NCBI GenBank assembly: GCA_038727705.1
Contig: JAVYVJ010000001.1
Coordinates: 543,924 to 607,923, forward strand
Direction of reading: 5' to 3'
DNA length: 64,000 nt
From: Zestosphaera sp.
Lineage (GTDB): Archaea; Thermoproteota; Thermoprotei_A; Sulfolobales; NBVN01
The translations under genes were made by a program, and so were the position numbers. The notes beneath the pieces are model-generated. The model was given only the letters and a program-made list of their open reading frames with translations. It ran no database searches and was not told the origin of the DNA. Position 1 is the stretch's first letter; every line of letters begins with the position of its first letter. Below are positions 55,835-64,000 of the stretch, one piece after another.

Positions 55835-56986
55835 TCACCTCCTCAAAATGACGGTCGTTATGTTCGACCCCACCCCACCTATGTTCTGGGTCAGGCCTAC
55901 TTCAGCCGCCACTCTGACTCCTGGGAAATCGCCTCTGAGTTGCATCACTACCTCGGCCAACTGATATAACCCAGTAGCTCCTACAGGATGCCCTCTTGCT
56001 TTCAAGCCGCCTGACGGATTTATCGTTGGTCTGTCGCCAGGAGCAAATTTACCTTCACACCACATCTTAGGTGCTTCACCCCTGTTTGCAAATCCTATTG
56101 ACTCTATGCTTAACGCGGCTGTGATCGTATATGCGTCGTGAATTTCAGCTACATCTACATCCCTAACTTCAATGTTAGCCATCTTCATAGCATTCCCTAA
56201 AGAAATCCTTGAAGCAAGCATGTCATCAAGTTCTATTCTTGAGGATAGGTCAGTACTATCTATAGCGTTGCCTACACCCGCAATCACTACTGGCGAGTCG
56301 TTGATCTTCCTGAAGTCCTCACTGACCAGGTATGCTGCAGCCGCCCCATCACTGAGAGGGCATGCATCGTAGAGTCTTATTGGCTCGGCTATGATGGGGG
56401 AGTTCATGACGTCCTCTAATGTAATTCTATTTCTTAATTGGGCGAAGGGGTTTTGGGATGCATTCTCATGCATGAGCACAGACCACTGTGCGATCTCCTC
56501 ATACTTAACACCATGCCTCTCCATGTAGTATCTCATAATCAATGCGTTAAGTCCTGAGAAGGTAACTCCATATATCAGTTCATAATCAGCGTCAGCTGCA
56601 TAGGCCAGACCCCTGATCACATCGCTTGAAGGTCTCTCAAAGAGTTTCTCAACACCGACTACAAGCACTTTCCTGAAGAGGCCTGAAGCCACTAGGGAGT
56701 ACCCTGCCATTATGGCGGCGCCCCCAGATCCACACGCCCCCTCCACCTTAAAGCCGCTGACCCCCCTCAAACCTACGTGATCCCCTATAAGGGATGCGAG
56801 GCTCTCCTGCTCCACAAGACTACTTAGCATGTTGCCGACCACTATTGCCTCAGGCTTTTCGTTGCCTGCATCCTCTATAGCTTCGAGGGCCGCTAACCCG
56901 CCCAAGTCCCTCAATGCCACATTCATGTGCCTTCCTACTCTAGTCATCCCTACTCCAGCCACGTAGACTCTCCTCAAGTTAGCCAC
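55835..56986 (-). CDS. thiolase (acetyl-CoA acetyltransferase / SCP-x-type)
   Basis: 383 aa with an active-site region (VEGACGSGGAAI) and C-terminal GHPVGATG and NIGG motifs. Confidence 0.85.
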   Translation of the reverse strand: MANLRRVYVAGVGMTRVGRHMNVALRDLGGLAALEAIEDAGNEKPEAIVVGNMLSSLVEQESLASLIGDHVGLRGVSGFKVEGACGSGGAAIMAGYSLVASGLFRKVLVVGVEKLFERPSSDVIRGLAYAADADYELIYGVTFSGLNALIMRYYMERHGVKYEEIAQWSVLMHENASQNPFAQLRNRITLEDVMNSPIIAEPIRLYDACPLSDGAAAAYLVSEDFRKINDSPVVIAGVGNAIDSTDLSSRIELDDMLASRISLGNAMKMANIEVRDVDVAEIHDAYTITAALSIESIGFANRGEAPKMWCEGKFAPGDRPTINPSGGLKARGHPVGATGLYQLAEVVMQLRGDFPGVRVAAEVGLTQNIGGVGSNITTVILRR

Positions 56987-57782
56987 CGGAGCATTTCATA
57001 TACAGTATGATAATGCCCTCAGATATGGATCCACCGACGAAAACGAGCTTCTCACCATCGTTGCACCTCTCAGCCACCTTAACCAGGGCAAGGGCCGTGC
57101 CGAGACTCCCTTTATAACCCGACTTCCTAATTTCCTCAGCCACTGAGGAGTCAGCACTCTTAAGCTTGAGCGAAGCTAGTACTCTATCAAGTAGTCTTGG
57201 ATTATTTACAAACCCACTAACCACCCTGACTTGACCGTTCCTAACCCTCCTAGACTTAGAGAGTTTCGTGAGTATCCGGGACGTGGTGGATGTTGAGGCT
57301 TCAACTATCAACTCACTTAACGCTCTCTCGTCAGTGATCTCGGTCTTTAAGAAGCCCAGGAACTCCTTCTTCAACTCATACCTAGATATGAGGGTCTTCC
57401 CTTTGCTGTTCAGAGTTAAAGTCACTGACCCCGCAGGGGGGTCGGCGCTGACGGCCGTGAGGACGGAGGGCGTGTTTCTGATGCTATATGCTAATCCCTC
57501 ACTGAATGACTTAAAGGTCACTATAGGAGCGTCGCTTCTTCCTATCAGATCAAGGACCACGTGAAAATCCACATCCTTCTTGCCATCGTAGACGAAAACA
57601 AAGGAGCTACCGTCATTAATGCTCAGTCTGTTGAGCGTCTCATACGCCATTGTTATCTCATCCTCATCCCTATAGGGTGAGGGCAGTCTCGCACCGTTAA
57701 CGCTAACGGAGAATCGAGGGATATAGAGCCTCCATTCCTTAAGGGCTGGCATCCTTACCACCCTGAATAATATGGGGGTCAC
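56979..57782 (-). CDS. HMG-CoA-synthase-like (thiolase-fold) protein, short and apparently lacking the catalytic Cys
   Basis: 267 aa at the HMGCS position of the HMGCS-thiolase-DUF35 operon. The N-terminal YIPR...DEDEITMAYE resembles HMGCS. No Cys occurs in the expected active-site region (FKSFSEGLAYS). Confidence 0.4.
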   Translation of the reverse strand: MTPILFRVVRMPALKEWRLYIPRFSVSVNGARLPSPYRDEDEITMAYETLNRLSINDGSSFVFVYDGKKDVDFHVVLDLIGRSDAPIVTFKSFSEGLAYSIRNTPSVLTAVSADPPAGSVTLTLNSKGKTLISRYELKKEFLGFLKTEITDERALSELIVEASTSTTSRILTKLSKSRRVRNGQVRVVSGFVNNPRLLDRVLASLKLKSADSSVAEEIRKSGYKGSLGTALALVKVAERCNDGEKLVFVGGSISEGIIILYMKCSGG

Positions 57783-57916
57783 TTCTTTTATTGTTTAAGT
57801 CTTGATTAATCAATTGTCTAATATACTGCATCCTCGGGCTTAAGGTAGGGCGGATTGTGTGTTCGCATGCTTATATTTTCTTAATGGGCTAATCTACTCT
57901 TAGTAAGGGTTAACGT

Positions 57917-58936
57917 ATGGTCGCGATGCGTAAAGCACTACTGCTGGCGTTAGCGGTCGCTCTCATATCATATACAATACTGTTTCTAGTCATGTACCTC
58001 AGTGATATAAGCTTCGTCTATGATATCCTGTTGCGAAGGAAGAGTCTAGGATACGCCTTACTAGCTCTGACCTCTAGGATGGCATCGGTCACCCTACATG
58101 CGCTGACCTTCTATGTTCTAGTGAAAATGTTTGGAGGGATTGCCCTGAGCGACGTTTTGAAGATAACCTACATATCTATCTTCACCGAGCTGATAGTCCC
58201 TATAGGAGGGATCACGGAAGTAACTAAGTTCGCACTCCTGAACAGGTACACTTCACTTGCGTCAAGCAGGACAATACTGGGCATAGCCTCCCACAGAGTT
58301 GTGACCACTCTAACGATGACTTTCTTCATGGTCGTCGCGTTAGTAGGTCTCCACGTCTCGTTACCCCGTGCCATGATTCTTGTGATGCCTGCCGTTGCAC
58401 TACTAATAATTAACGTAGCCCTCTTGGCACTTCCCAGAAGCAGGAAACTTGAATCGCTAGTAAACAGGGTTCTCAGAACTTCAGGGAAGAGAGGTGAGCT
58501 AAGGTTTCACGAGGAGTACAACAACGAGTTCCTCAAGCTTGCGACACGTCATGACCTGATTCTGTTAGCTACCTCGCTCTCAATACTGGAGAGACTTGCT
58601 AATGTACTTCATGGATACTCCCTCTCTCTGCTTATCGGGGTCTCCCTCAATGTGTGGCAACTGGTGCTAGGATTCGACTCTATATACATGATCATGTGGC
58701 TTCTTCCAGTAGTCACGCCTGGAAATGTCGGGATTTACGAGCTAACGCAAACAGGTGTTTTGACGTTAGTAGGCACTGACAGGGGTGTGGCGGCGCTCCT
58801 TAGCGTCCTCACTAGAGTGTTTATAGTGCTAGGTGAGTACCCGTTGTTTCTGCTGGCCATGTTAAGCTTTGGAATAAGTTTAAAGAGTGTGCTGAGCTAT
58901 GTAGAGGAAGCGAAGAAATCCTATCGACTTAAATAA
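57917..58936 (+). CDS. polytopic membrane protein (UPF0104/flippase-like?)
   Basis: 339 aa with about 8 predicted hydrophobic spans. The family assignment is tentative. Confidence 0.45.
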   Translation: MVAMRKALLLALAVALISYTILFLVMYLSDISFVYDILLRRKSLGYALLALTSRMASVTLHALTFYVLVKMFGGIALSDVLKITYISIFTELIVPIGGITEVTKFALLNRYTSLASSRTILGIASHRVVTTLTMTFFMVVALVGLHVSLPRAMILVMPAVALLIINVALLALPRSRKLESLVNRVLRTSGKRGELRFHEEYNNEFLKLATRHDLILLATSLSILERLANVLHGYSLSLLIGVSLNVWQLVLGFDSIYMIMWLLPVVTPGNVGIYELTQTGVLTLVGTDRGVAALLSVLTRVFIVLGEYPLFLLAMLSFGISLKSVLSYVEEAKKSYRLK

Positions 58937-58948
58937 CACGGAATCGTT

Positions 58949-59326
58949 ATGATACCTAGGTTCACCCTAATGGTGGATGAGGTTAAAGATAGGGTCATTA
59001 AGGCATTGAAGGAGGTAGAGGATCCCGAGGTGGAAATCGACGTATGGAACCTCGGCCTAATATACGATGTCTCAGTGGATGATGCTGGAGTGGTCAGGAT
59101 CAGGATGACCTTTACAGCTCCGGGATGCCCGGTCGGCAAGCACTTACTTTACGAGGTATATAAAAAAGTGCTTTTGATTGAAGGAGTTAAGGATCTCCAC
59201 GTTGACGTGGTCTTCACACCTAGATGGACCCCACTGAACATCACTCCAGAAGGGCGGGAGAGGTTTAGATCTAGACATGGATACGACATAGTGGAGAAAT
59301 ATCTGGAACTCTCTAAGAAGGGCTAA
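58949..59326 (+). CDS. DUF59/MIP18-family Fe-S cluster assembly protein (SufT-like)
   Basis: 125 aa carrying EVEDPEVEIDVWNLGLIYDV...TFTAPGCPV, the DUF59 signature. Confidence 0.8.
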   Translation: MIPRFTLMVDEVKDRVIKALKEVEDPEVEIDVWNLGLIYDVSVDDAGVVRIRMTFTAPGCPVGKHLLYEVYKKVLLIEGVKDLHVDVVFTPRWTPLNITPEGRERFRSRHGYDIVEKYLELSKKG

Positions 59327-59349
59327 CACGCTAGGAGGCCTAGTCAGAT

Positions 59350-59859
59350 ATGCCGGTGGAGGAGCACAGGAGGGAGTCCTCAAGAGTTGAGGTCAAGCTA
59401 TGTTTACTGATCACAAGCAACTCAATACGTATGGGGTTAAAGAAGGACGTGATCTCCCCAACGGTCGAGAGGCTTTGCGTGGAACATGGTGTTCCCCTCG
59501 TAAACAGGTTAGTAGTTCCAAATGACGGGGAGGAGATTAAGAAAGCTTTAACGAGCCTACTTAGTGAGTGCAACGTAATCCTAGTTACTGGAGGTACTGG
59601 AATAAGTCCTAGGGATGTAAGCGTTGAGAGTTTAAGAGGTTACTGCGTGAAAGACATGCCTGGCTTTGGAGAGCTTTTCAGGTACCTGTCATTCCTGAAA
59701 CACGGTTCGGCAGCCATGGCATCAAGGAGTTTCGCCTGCGTAGTCGGCAGTGCATTGATATTCGTCGTTCCGGGCTCCCCTGACGCTGTTGAGACTGCCA
59801 TGAGCCAACTCATCCTACCTGAGGCACGTCACCTACTGTACGAACTGTCAAAAACCTAG
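59350..59859 (+). CDS. moaB: molybdenum cofactor biosynthesis protein B (MoaB/MogA family)
   Basis: 169 aa carrying ILVTGGTGISPRDV and the MoCF_biosynth fold pattern. Confidence 0.8.
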   Translation: MPVEEHRRESSRVEVKLCLLITSNSIRMGLKKDVISPTVERLCVEHGVPLVNRLVVPNDGEEIKKALTSLLSECNVILVTGGTGISPRDVSVESLRGYCVKDMPGFGELFRYLSFLKHGSAAMASRSFACVVGSALIFVVPGSPDAVETAMSQLILPEARHLLYELSKT

Positions 59860-59879
59860 TAGTAAGTGAGGGCATTGCC

Positions 59880-60518
59880 CTACCGCCCTATGGAGTTTCT
59901 TATCTCATCACGCATCATCAGCTTCGAATATATGTTGGACGTCTCCTCCCTATCCCTCTCCACTATACTGACTCGACCGGCGTTGACGTCAAGCCTTAGC
60001 AGGATGTAAGAAGGGGTCCAGGAGGAAGGTTTTATTCGTCTATCCAGGCAAAGATTAGCCAGTATCTCCTTCAGTATTGCTATATTACTTCTTAATAACA
60101 CCTCCTGCGTGTCGATTCTAGGAGGTCTGAATAGTGTAGGAGCCCACCATCTCCTAGACTTGCCTCGCTCTGAGTCCTCCGGTCTTGATATCAAGTCGCT
60201 GAAGAACTTTCTAGCCTCCTCACTGTCACTCAATATTGACTCGACCTTCTCAGCGTCTCTAAGCAATTCATACTCACTGCAACCCTCATGCTTAAGTTTC
60301 ACTACCTCAATAGTAGGGTATGTGAGAACTTTTGTATTCTTGTCAAGTCTCCTTATTGTAAGGAATCTCAGCAATGGGTTCTTGAGAACGTGACTTAGAT
60401 AGCACTCAATCACCAGCCTTTCACCACGAGTTCTGCATTCATTGAACTCGGCTATCGCGACAGGAAACCACATCAGCACTCCTTCACGCTGCTTGGGATA
60501 AGCCTCAATGAACGTCAT
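59880..60518 (-). CDS. hypothetical protein
   Basis: 212-aa ORF with no recognisable motif. Confidence 0.45.
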   Translation of the reverse strand: MTFIEAYPKQREGVLMWFPVAIAEFNECRTRGERLVIECYLSHVLKNPLLRFLTIRRLDKNTKVLTYPTIEVVKLKHEGCSEYELLRDAEKVESILSDSEEARKFFSDLISRPEDSERGKSRRWWAPTLFRPPRIDTQEVLLRSNIAILKEILANLCLDRRIKPSSWTPSYILLRLDVNAGRVSIVERDREETSNIYSKLMMRDEIRNSIGR

Positions 60519-60596
60519 TGCATCCCCGACTATATCCTGATACGCTAAATAATTTAATTATCTTATCCTCCATATACTCAAGTAGCGGTGTAAGCG

Positions 60597-62105
60597 ATGA
60601 CTGAGAACATAGTGCTGCCGCCGAGGCAGTATAGGTTAATCCAATGTCTAGCTACGTCTGAGGAAGCGTTAACCGTTACTAAAGTAGGCAACATGCTCGG
60701 CCTCAGAGAGTCAGACCTTATGCGGGACCTGGCGGAGCTCGAAAGTAAGTCTTTAGTTAGGTTGGAGAGACGTGTAAGCTACTCTATCAAGCTAAGTAAC
60801 CTAGGTCTCAAGTACCTTGAGGAAGGCCTCCCTGAGGAACGGCTTCTAAAGCACCTGCAGATGCGTGGAGGGAGTGCCCCCCTGGAGGATCTGAGGAAGT
60901 TAGGGCTTAACGAGGATGAGGTCAAGGCCGCTTTAGGTCAGTTGCGTAAGCATAGGCTAGTGAAACTCGAGAAAGGATTAATAACGCTGGTTAACGGGGG
61001 TGTTGAAAGCCTTTCCTCAGAATCGCTCCAGATAAAAGAGTTGATGAGGAGGCATGTGAAGCCTGTAATCTATGAGGAGGTGCCTAAGTGGGTAGTGCTC
61101 CTTAAACACAGGAGGATCGTGGAGGTTGATGAAGTTAGAGAGATTAAGGTTCACCCAACACAGAACCTCCTTAGACTATTAAGTGAAGGCAAAATAATTG
61201 AGGGGCACCTCATAACTAATCTTACCTCGGAGATGCTAATGTCAGGCTCTTGGAGGACCGCCATAATAAAAGAGTTCGATCTAGGTGTTGATGTGCCCAA
61301 ACGCACTCCGAGACTAAGGCATCCCTACACACAGTTCATGATGTACATTAAAGAAATCCTTATAGGGATGGGGTTCGAGGAGGTTAAAGGACCCTACCTA
61401 GAGAGCTCGTTATGGAATTTCGACGCCTTATTCGTGCCTCAACATCATCCAGCAAGGAAGGAATCCGATGTGTATTATGTAGAGAACGTGGAGTTGCCGG
61501 TCAGTGAGAAGGACGTACTTGAGAGAACTAAGAAAGTTCATGAGGAGGTCTTGAGATATAACTGGAGGAGTGAAGTGGCGGCAACTCCGGTGCTAAGAAC
61601 TCATACAACCCCGGTCTCAATGAGGACCATATATGAAAGGGGCGCTGGTGAGTATAGAGTCTTCTCGTTCGACAGGGTTTTCAGGCCTGACACCCCAGAT
61701 CCAACACATCTGATGGAGTTTCACCAACTGGAGGGTATAATTGTGGGTAAGGAGGTCACATTTAGAGAGCTACTCGGGTTCTTCAAAGAACTTGCGAGCC
61801 GCCTAGGTATGAAGGAAGTGCGATTTAAGCCCGCATACTTCCCGTTCACGGAACCTAGCGTGGAGGGTTTTGTGAGGCATCCTAAGTTAGGATGGGTGGA
61901 GGTCTTCCCTGGAGGCATGTTCAGACCTGAAGTGCTTGCCAGCGTCGCGTTACCGACAACCTATAAAGTAGCTGCATGGGGTATAGGCATAGACAGGTTA
62001 GCGATGATAGTTCTAGGAGTTGATGACATAAGAGATCTTTACTCAAACGACCTGGACGTGATAGAAGCAACTAAAATACCTGAGGTGATGCTTAGAAATG
62101 CCTAA
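60597..62105 (+). CDS. pheS: phenylalanine--tRNA ligase alpha subunit
   Basis: 502 aa with class II aaRS motifs (FDALFVPQHHPAR, RTHTT, FRPD, GIGIDRL) and N-terminal wHTH repeats. Confidence 0.93.
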   Translation: MTENIVLPPRQYRLIQCLATSEEALTVTKVGNMLGLRESDLMRDLAELESKSLVRLERRVSYSIKLSNLGLKYLEEGLPEERLLKHLQMRGGSAPLEDLRKLGLNEDEVKAALGQLRKHRLVKLEKGLITLVNGGVESLSSESLQIKELMRRHVKPVIYEEVPKWVVLLKHRRIVEVDEVREIKVHPTQNLLRLLSEGKIIEGHLITNLTSEMLMSGSWRTAIIKEFDLGVDVPKRTPRLRHPYTQFMMYIKEILIGMGFEEVKGPYLESSLWNFDALFVPQHHPARKESDVYYVENVELPVSEKDVLERTKKVHEEVLRYNWRSEVAATPVLRTHTTPVSMRTIYERGAGEYRVFSFDRVFRPDTPDPTHLMEFHQLEGIIVGKEVTFRELLGFFKELASRLGMKEVRFKPAYFPFTEPSVEGFVRHPKLGWVEVFPGGMFRPEVLASVALPTTYKVAAWGIGIDRLAMIVLGVDDIRDLYSNDLDVIEATKIPEVMLRNA

Positions 62106-63741
62106 AGTAGAGGTCAAGTTATGGGATGTGGAGAGGGTGGCTAAAACCCCTCTCACGCTAGAGGATCTGGGAAAACACCTTGAACTCCTGAAGGCTGAAG
62201 TGGAGGAGGTCAGGGGGGACACGGTGGTATATGATGCAAGCCACGATAGGCCCGATCTCTTCTCAGCTGAGGGTTTAGGGAGAGCCATAGGTCTTCTTAA
62301 AGGAGCTAGAAAGCCGATTAAATATGTGGTAGAGGACTCAGGCACTTACTTAGATGTCAGAAACGCGCCTTCCTACAGACCTTATGCGTACTTCGCAATA
62401 GTAGAGAACCTAGACCTTGATGAAGAGTCGGTGAGGCAGCTCTTTCAATTACAAGAGAAGCTGCATACCAGCTACTGCGGGGATCGAGAGTTAGCCGCCA
62501 TAGGCCTTTATGATCTTGATAAAATAAAGTTACCAGTTAAGTATGTTGAGGTGGAAACTGCCAGGTACAGACCTTTAGGATATGACAGTATAATGAGTCT
62601 TGAGGAAGTTCTGACTAAGACGGAAAAGGGGGTTAAATACGCTCACTTAGTACGCAGGGGCCGATACCCACTGTTGGTGGATTCAGAAGGACAGGTGATG
62701 GGTTTTCCGCCAATACTTAATCCCGAGGACAACAAGGTGACTGAGAACACTCGAAGAATAGTGATAGATGTCACCGGCACCGAACCACACCTTATGATGA
62801 AGATATTAAATCTCGTCACTACGTCCGTTAGTGAGAGATCTAGAAACCCGGTAATTAAGAAAGTGCTTATCAAGGGAGGCTCAACTTACTCGGTAAGTCC
62901 TTTGCTGGAGAGCGCGCAGATAAGGGTTGAGAAGGATTCAATAAAGTCGCTACTAGGTATCGACCCCCTTGCGAAGGGGGATTCAAAACTTCTAGAGCTG
63001 ATGGGATACAATGTATTGCATTTTGATGCCAAGGAGATCGTAGTTGAGGTTTCCCCGTTCAGGATAGACGTCCTATCATACGTTGACGTCATAGAAGACA
63101 TAGCCATTGCTTATGGGTACAACGAGTTAGGCGGTGGGATCACCCCATCACCGCATTTCGGAAGTGTCAACCCGTTGGAGAGGTTTGCTGACTACGTAAG
63201 GGAGATACTGCTGGGGCTAGGGCTTCAGGAGGTCATGAACTTCATGCTCACAGACCCTGATGTGCTGGGTCTCATCAGCGAGGAGGATTTCGTCAAGCTG
63301 AAGAATCCTAAAATGAAGATATACTCGGCGGTCAGGAATTCCTTGACGCCGACGCTACTTATGTCCATCCGGGTTAATAGCACTAAGAGAAGGTCTTTCG
63401 GAATTTTTGAAGTAGGTGATGTAGTTAAACTGTCTGGCGATGCACGTCCGACGTACGTTAAGATGCTTGCATACGGTTTAGCCGGAGATGAGTACACCCT
63501 AACTGACGGACTCATCGTGCTTAAATCACTTATGACGGTCATCGGAGTTAACTATGAGTTAAGGAGAAGCTCTAGGAAGTCCTTTATAAGGGGTAGGTCG
63601 GCGGAAGTTGTGGTTAAGGACGAGATTGTAGGGGTGGTCGGTGAAGCATGTCCTGAGATCCTAACTAGCCTAAACATCTACGTACCTGCCACTATAGCTG
63701 AGATAAACCTAAGCAAATTATTTACCGTGCTGAGTTCTTGA
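62098..63741 (+). CDS. pheT: phenylalanine--tRNA ligase beta subunit
   Basis: 547 aa with an 8-nt overlap with pheS and the archaeal B3/B4 and B5 domain layout. Confidence 0.9.
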   Translation: MPKVEVKLWDVERVAKTPLTLEDLGKHLELLKAEVEEVRGDTVVYDASHDRPDLFSAEGLGRAIGLLKGARKPIKYVVEDSGTYLDVRNAPSYRPYAYFAIVENLDLDEESVRQLFQLQEKLHTSYCGDRELAAIGLYDLDKIKLPVKYVEVETARYRPLGYDSIMSLEEVLTKTEKGVKYAHLVRRGRYPLLVDSEGQVMGFPPILNPEDNKVTENTRRIVIDVTGTEPHLMMKILNLVTTSVSERSRNPVIKKVLIKGGSTYSVSPLLESAQIRVEKDSIKSLLGIDPLAKGDSKLLELMGYNVLHFDAKEIVVEVSPFRIDVLSYVDVIEDIAIAYGYNELGGGITPSPHFGSVNPLERFADYVREILLGLGLQEVMNFMLTDPDVLGLISEEDFVKLKNPKMKIYSAVRNSLTPTLLMSIRVNSTKRRSFGIFEVGDVVKLSGDARPTYVKMLAYGLAGDEYTLTDGLIVLKSLMTVIGVNYELRRSSRKSFIRGRSAEVVVKDEIVGVVGEACPEILTSLNIYVPATIAEINLSKLFTVLSS

Positions 63742-64000
63742 ACTTAATGAGCTTTCTAGCCTCCTCAACTACTTCACGTGCTACTTTATGGCCAAAGCCT
63801 CTGAGATTAGCTAATCTAGTCGGATCTGCCGAGGCTAGGTCTTCAACAGTCTTGATACCGTTCTCAAAGAGGGATCTAGCTCTAACCCTGCCGACACCTT
63901 TAACCCTAACTAGGTCAGCCAGCTCCTCTTTAACTCCGCTACCTACCCTCACGCTGAGTAGGTCAAGTCTCTTGGAGTGCTCCTTAAGTCCTACCACGTC
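63722..64000 (-). CDS. Hel308/Ski2-like helicase, C-terminal fragment (gene runs off the right edge)
   Basis: The C-terminal helix-hairpin-helix domain (LADLVRVKGVGRVRARSLFENGIKTVEDLASADP) is typical of archaeal Hel308 domain 5. The frame is open to the window end. Confidence 0.7.
   Translation of the reverse strand, partial: DVVGLKEHSKRLDLLSVRVGSGVKEELADLVRVKGVGRVRARSLFENGIKTVEDLASADPTRLANLRGFGHKVAREVVEEARKLIKFKNSAR

Overview
64-kb chromosomal segment of a crenarchaeon. Gene content, TATA-type promoters, a 24-nt CRISPR repeat ending in TGAAAG, an intron-split initiator tRNA and the exosome/proteasome superoperon suggest a Thermoproteales-like hyperthermophile; the taxon is inference only. 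Left part (0-10.7 kb): an archaeal-type CoA biosynthesis cluster (panE, panB, phosphopantothenate synthetase, pantoate kinase, coaBC). It is followed by a tightly overlapped operon of a wHTH-phosphoribosyltransferase, a CitG-like gene and a phosphoesterase-like gene, and then a TnpB-like IS with 25-bp terminal inverted repeats. Centre (10.7-28.3 kb): a complete type I CRISPR-Cas locus with two inverted arrays (46 and 27 identical 24-nt repeats) flanking adaptation, interference, csa3 and cas6 genes. The whole locus lies between an intact tRNA-Arg(CCG) gene and a degenerate 44-nt direct copy of a tRNA-Arg 3' half. The locus has several unusual traits. An HD motif sits in the large subunit while Cas3' lacks HD. 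The Cas7 looks Csc2-like with a Cys/His cluster. Repeat-derived sequence blocks occur inside the cas operon and its promoter. The two leader modules are 83-bp perfect inverted copies that reach into the cas1 and cas6 coding ends. Inter-repeat lengths are very heterogeneous (35-124 nt), and one 111-nt segment has an internal 24-37-24 repeat-spacer-repeat-like structure. Right part (28.3-64 kb): mostly housekeeping genes. These include nfo, an initiator tRNA-Met with a ~242-nt intron, psmA-SBDS-rrp4-rrp41-rrp42-L37Ae-Brix-Pcc1-prefoldin, a DHH phosphoesterase, XPF, aEF-2, H+-PPase, SAH hydrolase, PPDK, a thiolase/DUF35 operon, MoaB, PheST and the Hel308 3' end. All calls rest on by-eye motif recognition and hand counting; no database search was possible, and hand-counted coordinates may be off by 1-2 nt.
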